This document shows, piece by piece, positions 15,801 through 21,526 of a stretch of DNA of 21,526 bases (within the stretch, counting starts at the first letter, position 1; each line of letters opens with the position of its first letter). The stretch is from contig JBHLKM010000032.1 of NCBI GenBank assembly GCA_048886685.1, positions 1 through 21,526 on the forward strand. The letters are read 5' to 3'. The notes beneath the pieces were generated by a model, which had not been told where the DNA came from, ran no database searches, and saw only the letters and a list, made by a program, of their open reading frames with translations. The position numbers were made by a program, and so were the translations under genes. Source of the stretch: Candidatus Hodarchaeota archaeon (GTDB taxonomy: Archaea > Asgardarchaeota > Lokiarchaeia > Sigyniarchaeales > SOKP01).

Positions 15801-18096
15801 TATGTGTGAATATACTTCAATTGAAAACTTGATTCCTAATCCAAGCGCAGAAGAAATGTATGCCAGTGTACATCCTTGGAATATTGTTTTTTATAATTAT
15901 AGTGTTATCCAAAAGCATCCTGAAGAGGGCTTACCCCTCTATAACTATTTCAACAATCATGGCGTTTTTGTGCAAAGAAATAACTGGAGTGATGATGCAC
16001 TACATTTTATGTTTAAATGCGGACCTATACGAGGAGGTCATGAACATCCCGATACAAATAGCTTCTTATTAACTTATGGATCCAGAAACTTAATCATTGA
16101 TGATGGCTATACCTGGAAAAAAGAAACTCAAACTCATAACACTATTTTATTCGATAATCAAGGTCAAATTGGTGAAGGTGGAACGTATACTGGCGTGCCA
16201 GAGGAAGATCAATGGGGTTTTATAAGTAATTTACTCATGAATGATGAATTTGCCATGATGGTTGGAAATGGAGCACCTGCTTATGATGAATCTATTGGAT
16301 TACAAAAATGGGATCGTACTATTTATGCATTCGCAGGAGGATACTATTTTATCCATGACTCGATTCGTTTAGATTCTCCAACAAATATTACATGGTTATT
16401 ACATCATTCTGCTTCTGAAATAATTGACACGAATCGAATTAAATTTATTTATGGAGATAAAAATATGACGTTATTCCGTTCTATAAATTTTAGTTCAAAT
16501 GCTCAAATTTACTTAGAAGACTCCTTTTATGTACCTCAACTAAAACCAAACGGAGATTTTAATGATAATTTAGAGTATTTTCCTTTAGGTCGTCAATACA
16601 GAATAAATCCTACTATTAATTTTGATTCTTATGAATTGCTGCATTTAATCGTTCCAAACAGCCAAGATCCACTTACATACAATGCTCTTGATACAGAAGT
16701 AAATTATACTGGTATGCATATTACATATCAAGATGAAGAAGTTTGGATAGCATGTGCAAATGAACTTAAACCTCAACAACTATATACTCTTTATCATGAT
16801 GGAAGTGGAGTAATCCGAAGAAATATTAATTCTTCAGCAACTGTTTATTATGTTATGATGGACGGAACTTATTTAAAAGAAGGAGATAATTCGATTATTT
16901 CGCTTTCAACACGAGGAGGAGCTATGGTAAAATATTGTGCTCACGAGAATTTAAGTGCAACTGTTCAATCTAATAGTGACGTAATTGCTTCATTAAATAT
17001 TACCCGCCCTTATGGGAGTCTTAGACCCGAAAAAATCTCTGTTAAACTCGATGGAGCTTTTATTAATTCCTCATTTTATGAGTATAATATAGAGACCGGA
17101 ATTGTTCAACTAATGTTATCCCCTGGAGTTCACCAAATTTTTATATCTCGTGATATTCAACCTCCAAATCTCAATATTAGATTCGGGGAGATGAGTTTTT
17201 CTAATAATTCTTACATTAATAAAAAAAATATCACTATTTCGTTCTTAACCATAGATGAAGGGATTGGAGTTTCAAATACAACGATCCGAGTTGATAGCCT
17301 TTTTAATGATATCATAGGAGGGGAAGGAATTCACTCAATAGTTATTAGTAACTTAAGTGAAGGTGTACATATAATTGAAATTGAAAGTATTGATTTTTAT
17401 GAAAATTCTATTATCCAATCAATTTATATAACAATTGATTTGACTCCTCCCGAAATATTAATCACTGACAATACAGCAACGGAAGGAATTAAAAATAAAT
17501 ATTTAGTTTTTTACTTGCAAGCATCTGATACTTTATCTGGCCTTCAAACATTTACCGTTGAAATAATAGATAATAAAGGAACCATAGTTTGGAAAAATGA
17601 TACTAAAATATTGCCAGAAGGATTAAAAACTTATCTTGAAATCATGAAAATTGATATTAATGAATATAATCTTACATATGGTGTTTATAACCTTAGATTA
17701 AATGTTACTGATAGGGCAAGCAATATGGAAATTCAAGAATTTTTAATAGTGATTCGTAATGATAATGTAAACAAGGAGCAATATTTCTTAATATTTTTAC
17801 TTATTGTATTAGGAATCAGTGTAGCTATTGTATCAATATTAATATTAAATAAGACTAAATCAAGATTTCAGACAAATAAAATCAAGAATATGCAACTTGA
17901 AGATCTCAATATGAAAGAGAAAAAATTAGAAAAAATTAAGTCGGATATAAAGGACATAAAGAGTCAAAAAGAAAAAAAAGAAATAGTTCTTGAAAAAATA
18001 AAAAACCTTGATTCTGAAATTAATAAACTTGAAAAAGATATAAAAAAATTCGACCTAAAGTTTTCTTTAAGAAAGAGAAAAAGTAAAAAAATATAA
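12865..18096 (+). CDS. Large membrane-anchored heparinase II/III-family polysaccharide lyase-like protein (DUF4962-like + Hepar_II_III) with inserted CBM4/9-like module, Ig-like domains, C-terminal TM and cytoplasmic coiled coil
   Basis: N-terminal signal/TM and WWNESWEYRIP module. Lyase motifs HPFKPSLFF, NNHCW, DGSSHEGINYWNYG, GHEHPDTNSF and HNTILFDNQGQ. CBM motifs HSGEYS, TVSGWVRS, SWTRFEF and VYFDDL. D-x2-PP Ig-like starts. TM YFLIFLLIVLGISVAIVSILIL, then a K/E heptad tail. TTG start. Confidence 0.85.
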   Translation: MIDIKKNQYCLLLILIIVWEIFLLPPYIDNTTSNDTNLNSRKITSTSSCSIFKFIWWNESWEYRIPYYLPPSVKECQYPLISFEINFSDILSKIGASVELDINSLRLIAYDNDSADMIIYNPARIGNEKYCIPIQFNTTLDYQLNPLEEVTINAVCNWSIPPNKATFFYLYFDILANGPKSTIDYMVGQWWTDVSRVGNESFILSNDLVELYRERDTSKILYCGENPSKSYIKDKETSLKLITGFYNELRITNKEGNFSYYMQENKFTADILSVYKGPVYAEVEIRINSHNLSYNNDVYLYYRIFREKRLVECNLWLKKQIGYTLDNSWNGRYIFWPLDSYDLMYTDSRGYRPIITEWDTNVQYLIAYNSINNNSACFWTKNKGNVRVEPPPSYNAYDSYGFSADNFHYRYFYAVGNVNSTQQEMEMLCSLEKMESFDFQSRLGIVCPEFNKIFFDGNALSINIVTFSEKEGGVNDVLCTLYNPFGTPMIINLYTSDYIEWKNDNVLFFDLSYPEGEWSINITILRNGLNPYNISKIFHLKHPFKPSLFFNAEDFIKLRQIAYGPMKATWYELLLQTLELVKRTPKKELDINDDTTNYQNIIEKLAFAYIITENPIFLRSAELWMVSIANYSSWAIWKQAPDLQRNHLAMGLMMGLDMLFYDIAEENRTFILNRLILEGKNLYQIIENTKELHIDSYDNNHCWITMATLATLAYGLDQIIDTSAWKSELKFRIQKIYSNFYEDGSSHEGINYWNYGFPYVIYFTELVRRFDNENYFNQSYFINALKFRVYYMLPDRAESLLLGDSNYYLNHNTWVTMLLANIFNDPYAQWVSFNSNKYINTPLSFNKAGNGTGEFFRSKSYSHSGEYSFYVVDNETTHYTYAQSYRFPVNYTKKFTVSGWVRSDQPTDYSVPIVFQDSNGYDVYPVIYESTIPASTSWTRFEFNITGQEAFPSIVYARIYLRPYKTVSDIGRVYFDDLSMCEYTSIENLIPNPSAEEMYASVHPWNIVFYNYSVIQKHPEEGLPLYNYFNNHGVFVQRNNWSDDALHFMFKCGPIRGGHEHPDTNSFLLTYGSRNLIIDDGYTWKKETQTHNTILFDNQGQIGEGGTYTGVPEEDQWGFISNLLMNDEFAMMVGNGAPAYDESIGLQKWDRTIYAFAGGYYFIHDSIRLDSPTNITWLLHHSASEIIDTNRIKFIYGDKNMTLFRSINFSSNAQIYLEDSFYVPQLKPNGDFNDNLEYFPLGRQYRINPTINFDSYELLHLIVPNSQDPLTYNALDTEVNYTGMHITYQDEEVWIACANELKPQQLYTLYHDGSGVIRRNINSSATVYYVMMDGTYLKEGDNSIISLSTRGGAMVKYCAHENLSATVQSNSDVIASLNITRPYGSLRPEKISVKLDGAFINSSFYEYNIETGIVQLMLSPGVHQIFISRDIQPPNLNIRFGEMSFSNNSYINKKNITISFLTIDEGIGVSNTTIRVDSLFNDIIGGEGIHSIVISNLSEGVHIIEIESIDFYENSIIQSIYITIDLTPPEILITDNTATEGIKNKYLVFYLQASDTLSGLQTFTVEIIDNKGTIVWKNDTKILPEGLKTYLEIMKIDINEYNLTYGVYNLRLNVTDRASNMEIQEFLIVIRNDNVNKEQYFLIFLLIVLGISVAIVSILILNKTKSRFQTNKIKNMQLEDLNMKEKKLEKIKSDIKDIKSQKEKKEIVLEKIKNLDSEINKLEKDIKKFDLKFSLRKRKSKKI

Positions 18097-18101
18097 GTAT
18101 T

Positions 18102-18314
18102 ATCTCTTTCTATAAATGAATATTTTAGTTCTTTTAAATCAAAAATGTTTGAAAAACCTTATTTATTTAAAGTAAATATTTTGGATTTTCTATGAACTAA
18201 TGCTATACTTACAATTTGACAGTCTTTTTCCCTAATTTTTATACTTTTTTCTTGAGATTGAGCACAAAAATCCGTTGTATTTTCTACAGCTTCCCAAATG
18301 GTATTTAAAATTCT
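18102..18314 (-). pseudogene. Decayed C-terminal half of a PIN-domain (VapC-like) gene
   Basis: Manual translation: RILNTIWEAVENTTDFCAQSQEKSIKIREKDCQIVSIALVHRKSKIFTLNK*GFSNIFDLKELKYSFIERD. This matches the PIN pattern D-x2-I-x-[AS]-x-AL...T-x-N-x3-F-x2-I. There is an internal TAA at 18159-18161, an upstream TAG and no N-terminal half. Confidence 0.6.
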
Positions 18315-18438
18315 CTATGTTAGAAGAGATTTTCAGTATTCTGCTTAAATTTATATATAGCAATTTTTACTTAGTATATAAAAAATAATAACAAAATTGT
18401 ATAAAATATAATTTTTACAAAAGTATAAGGGTAAATGG

Positions 18439-21171
18439 TTGATGGAACGTAAAAAAAAAGTTAAAATCTTATTAATTAATTTTATTATTAGCCTCCTTTT
18501 AATTCTCCCAATTTCAAATATTTCTATCTTATATGAAAATAAAAAAGAAACTTATGAACAAAATTTTGATAAAAAAAGTCCGTTCTTACGTAGTTCATCT
18601 AAATCCGATTTTTTCACTTATTATAAAGAAATAACAATTGACCATACTAAAGTCTCTGGATCAAGTGATCTTATTAACTTTCCTGTGCTAATTTCTATTG
18701 TTGATTCAGATTTACATAATTATACTCAATCAGATGGCGATGATATCGCTTTTGCCATTAATGATACATGGCTAGATCACGAAATAGAATTTTATAATAG
18801 GGATTATACTATTACACAAGCTAAATTAGTAGCATGGGTCCGAATACCTTCTTTATCACCGTCTACTGATACTATTATAAAAATGTACTATGGAAATTCA
18901 ACGATAGGACCTACAGAAAATCCGGAAGGTGTTTGGGATTCCAATTATAGTGGTATTTGGCATTTACATGATGATTTTAATGATAGTACAAATTGTAGCA
19001 ATCACGGAACAAATTATGGCAGTTCTGATGCAGTAGGCAAAATTGGTGATGCTCAAGATTTTGCTGGATATAATTTTAATCAAGAGATAACAATTGAACC
19101 AAATGAAACACTTAATCCCAATTATATCACGGTAACTGCCTGGATCTATCCAAGAGGCCAACTTACTGAACCCTCTATAACTGGCTTTATAGTAAGCGAT
19201 TATTTATGGGAAGATGGCAAGCGAGTATATTATTTATTTCAGCATCCTAATGACCGTATCTATATAACAGTTTATTGGAATGATGGAAATACTACAAGTG
19301 AATTGTGGAGTAGTCCAATTTCTTTAAATATGTGGCACCTTGTCGGATTTACTGTAAGTTCAAGCACACTTGCATTATATATTGATGGTTCGTGTGTCGC
19401 AACAACTTCTATCACAGGAGGAATTGAACAATATCTTAATACCATAGAAATTGGTGACGAACAACAACTCGGAGATCCCGCTGATCATGAATTCAATGGT
19501 ACAATAGATGAAGTCCGCATTTCAAGTACTGCCCGTTCAGCGGATTGGATTGCAACGGAATTTAACAATCAAAATAATCCAAATAATTTCTATTCAGTTG
19601 GAAGTTCTCAAAAAGTCGATCCTACTCCACCATCGTGGTCCAACCTCATAGAAACTGAACCTTTAGGGCTAGGTGAAGCGGAACTTGTTTCCATTGATGT
19701 TTATGATCTTTATGGAGTTGCGCAGGTATTATTCGAAATTGAAAGCACTAACTATACAATGGTCAATATCGGGGGAAATACCTGGCAAAATGATACATGG
19801 ATACCATCAAGTATAGGAGACTACAATTATATCATATATATGCAAGATACTAATGATAATTGGAATATGACTATTGGTTCGATTTTTGTAATAGATAGAT
19901 CTGACAATATACCTCCTCTATGGTTTAATTTATTTGAAAGTGCTGATCCATTGGAACTGGGTAATTCAGAAAGTATAACTATAGATGTATTCGATGCAAA
20001 TGGAACCCGTCAGGTATTACTCGAAATTGAAAGTACTAACTATACGATGGTGAATATCGGGGGAAATACCTGGAAAAATGATACCTGGACACCAACAAGT
20101 ATAGGAGATTATGATTATACCATATACATGCAAGATAATAATAACAATTGGAACACAACTACTGGTTCGATTCAAGTACTTGATAATAGCCCCCCATCAT
20201 GGTCCAACCTCATAGAAACTGAACCTTTGGAACTAGGGAATGCAGAACTTATTTCAATTGATGTTTTTGATCTTTCTGGAGTTGATCAAGTTCTATTCGA
20301 AATTGAGAATATTAACTATACTATGACCAATATTGGCGGAAATACCTGGCAAAATAATACATGGATACCATCCAGTACAGGAGACTATGATTATACCATA
20401 TATATGGAAGATGTCAATAATTATTGGAATACAACTACTGGTTCAATCCAAGTGATTGATACTATTCTACCAACTTACTCTGCATTAATCGAAAGTGAAG
20501 ATCCATTAGAATTAGGGGATACTGAAATAATCACCATTAACGCAACTGATCTTTCAGGCATCAATCAGGTTCTCATCGAAATTGGAGGAATAAACTATAC
20601 TATGGAACATATTTCAGGGGATACTTGGCAAAACAGTTCTTGGACTCCTGGAAACGCGAATATTTACGTTTATACTATATATATACAAGATAATAACGGT
20701 AATTGGGAATCTGTTTCAGGTTCAGTTGAAGTGATAGATACCATTCTACCATCGTGGTCCAATTTAGTAGAAAGTGCCGATCCTTTGGAATTAGGTAATA
20801 CAGAAACTATAACTATCGATGCTATGGATATTTCCGGGATTAATCAAGTATTAATTGAAATTAATGGAAAAGCGAATTATACTATGGAATATGTGGGGGG
20901 AAACACCTGGCGTAATAATTCATGGATTCCGACAATCATAGGCTCTCATAATTACACAATATATATACAGGATAATAATAATAATTGGAATTCCATTAGT
21001 GGCTCGATTTTAGTAGTTAAATCACCAAATGATTTTCCCTTACTCCTAATTATTTCAATAGCTATGGGGGGTATCATCGTGGCTACCTTCGGAATAATCA
21101 TTTTTATTAAAAAAAGAACCAAGAAACCAAGAGATAAAGATTTGGATACAATTGAAAGTATAATTAATTAA
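18439..21171 (+). CDS. Cell-surface protein: DUF2341 + LamG/ConA-like domain + five ~93-aa Ig-like repeats + C-terminal TM anchor
   Basis: Signal/TM. DUF2341 motifs YYKEITID, NFPVLI, DGDDIAF, AWVRIP and MYYGN. LamG motifs GIWHL, ITVTAWI, WHLVGFT, LYIDG and FNGTIDEVRIS. Five repeats, then TM LLLIISIAMGGIIVATFGIIIFI-KKR. The start is either TTG 18439 or ATG 18442. Confidence 0.88.
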   Translation: MMERKKKVKILLINFIISLLLILPISNISILYENKKETYEQNFDKKSPFLRSSSKSDFFTYYKEITIDHTKVSGSSDLINFPVLISIVDSDLHNYTQSDGDDIAFAINDTWLDHEIEFYNRDYTITQAKLVAWVRIPSLSPSTDTIIKMYYGNSTIGPTENPEGVWDSNYSGIWHLHDDFNDSTNCSNHGTNYGSSDAVGKIGDAQDFAGYNFNQEITIEPNETLNPNYITVTAWIYPRGQLTEPSITGFIVSDYLWEDGKRVYYLFQHPNDRIYITVYWNDGNTTSELWSSPISLNMWHLVGFTVSSSTLALYIDGSCVATTSITGGIEQYLNTIEIGDEQQLGDPADHEFNGTIDEVRISSTARSADWIATEFNNQNNPNNFYSVGSSQKVDPTPPSWSNLIETEPLGLGEAELVSIDVYDLYGVAQVLFEIESTNYTMVNIGGNTWQNDTWIPSSIGDYNYIIYMQDTNDNWNMTIGSIFVIDRSDNIPPLWFNLFESADPLELGNSESITIDVFDANGTRQVLLEIESTNYTMVNIGGNTWKNDTWTPTSIGDYDYTIYMQDNNNNWNTTTGSIQVLDNSPPSWSNLIETEPLELGNAELISIDVFDLSGVDQVLFEIENINYTMTNIGGNTWQNNTWIPSSTGDYDYTIYMEDVNNYWNTTTGSIQVIDTILPTYSALIESEDPLELGDTEIITINATDLSGINQVLIEIGGINYTMEHISGDTWQNSSWTPGNANIYVYTIYIQDNNGNWESVSGSVEVIDTILPSWSNLVESADPLELGNTETITIDAMDISGINQVLIEINGKANYTMEYVGGNTWRNNSWIPTIIGSHNYTIYIQDNNNNWNSISGSILVVKSPNDFPLLLIISIAMGGIIVATFGIIIFIKKRTKKPRDKDLDTIESIIN
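19618..21020 (+). repeat. Five tandem intragenic repeats, period 276-285 bp
   Basis: Units start at 19618, 19903, 20182, 20458 and 20737. Consensus D-x2-[PL]P-x-W-x-NL-x-E-(x)-x-[DE]PLELG...QVL-x-EI...NYTM-x2-IGGNTW-x-N-x2-W-x-P...Y-x-IY-x-[QE]D...W...GS. Confidence 0.95.
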
Positions 21172-21393
21172 CTTAAATCTTATTTTTCATAATTCTTATT
21201 ATTTTAAATAATTGATTTAGCCATCTTTATAATAATGAATGTGATCCTATGAAAAATGAATAAAATCTTAACATATAGGACAATAATAAACCTCTGTTCA
21301 TCATAGTAACTCAGCTAAAGATATATCTTCCATAAAAAATGTCTTAAAAGCTTCCAAATAAATTTTTCTTGACCAATTTGGAATATCAATTTC

Positions 21394-21525
21394 CTAGTTT
21401 TCGAGCTTACTATTTATTACTTGAATACAATCTAAAATCTCCTTACCTCTTTCTTCATTAACTCTTATGAAAAGATTTTCTAATGACCTATTAAGAGTTA
21501 ACAAATATTGGGGATTAGATCTGAA
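21394..21525 (-). CDS. Probable 3' end of a gene entering from the right edge (unknown product)
   Basis: Open frame FRSNPQYLLTLNRSLENLFIRVNEERGKEILDCIQVINSKLEN ending at TAG 21394-21396, with protein-like helical composition. Only 43 codons are visible. Confidence 0.45.
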   Translation of the reverse strand, partial: FRSNPQYLLTLNRSLENLFIRVNEERGKEILDCIQVINSKLEN

Positions 21526-21526
21526 A

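Noticed and set aside
534-19161. Short ORFs in the track (534-764, 1162-1356, 3852-4046, 4039-4248, 8394-8657, 8923-9141, 10317-10700, 10755-10961, 13724-13945, 15367-15708, 15860-16072, 18964-19161)
   Set aside because: All overlap longer, motif-supported genes on the opposite strand or in another frame and show no recognisable motifs; treated as shadow ORFs.
19618-21020. Diversity-generating retroelement TR/VR pair
   Set aside because: The repeats are in-frame domain duplications with mismatches not confined to adenines, and no reverse transcriptase is in the window.

Overview
Very AT-rich archaeal window, most likely from an Asgard archaeon (Lokiarchaeia-type). The assignment rests on several Rab-like small GTPases, a roadblock domain, a longin/uDENN-like protein, TPRs, DUF2341 surface proteins and an IPGY-TM-basic (Loki-CTERM-like) tail. 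The centre (4583-12283) is a cluster of eukaryote-signature signalling genes. It holds two paralogous Rab-like proteins whose nucleotide-binding motifs are degenerate while the switch region is conserved (apparent pseudo-GTPases), a longin-like/winged-helix protein between them, a Zn-ribbon protein with a possibly inactive HEPN-like domain, and a roadblock-GTPase-degenerate G domain-coiled coil-7xTPR fusion. Membrane-anchored surface proteins flank the cluster, including a 1743-aa heparinase II/III-type polysaccharide lyase with an apparently permuted CBM inserted in it. Intergenic regions carry unannotated gene remnants (RNase J-like, PIN/VapC-like). No rRNA, tRNA, CRISPR array or intact mobile element was seen. 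All family assignments come from motif recognition by eye, with no database searches.
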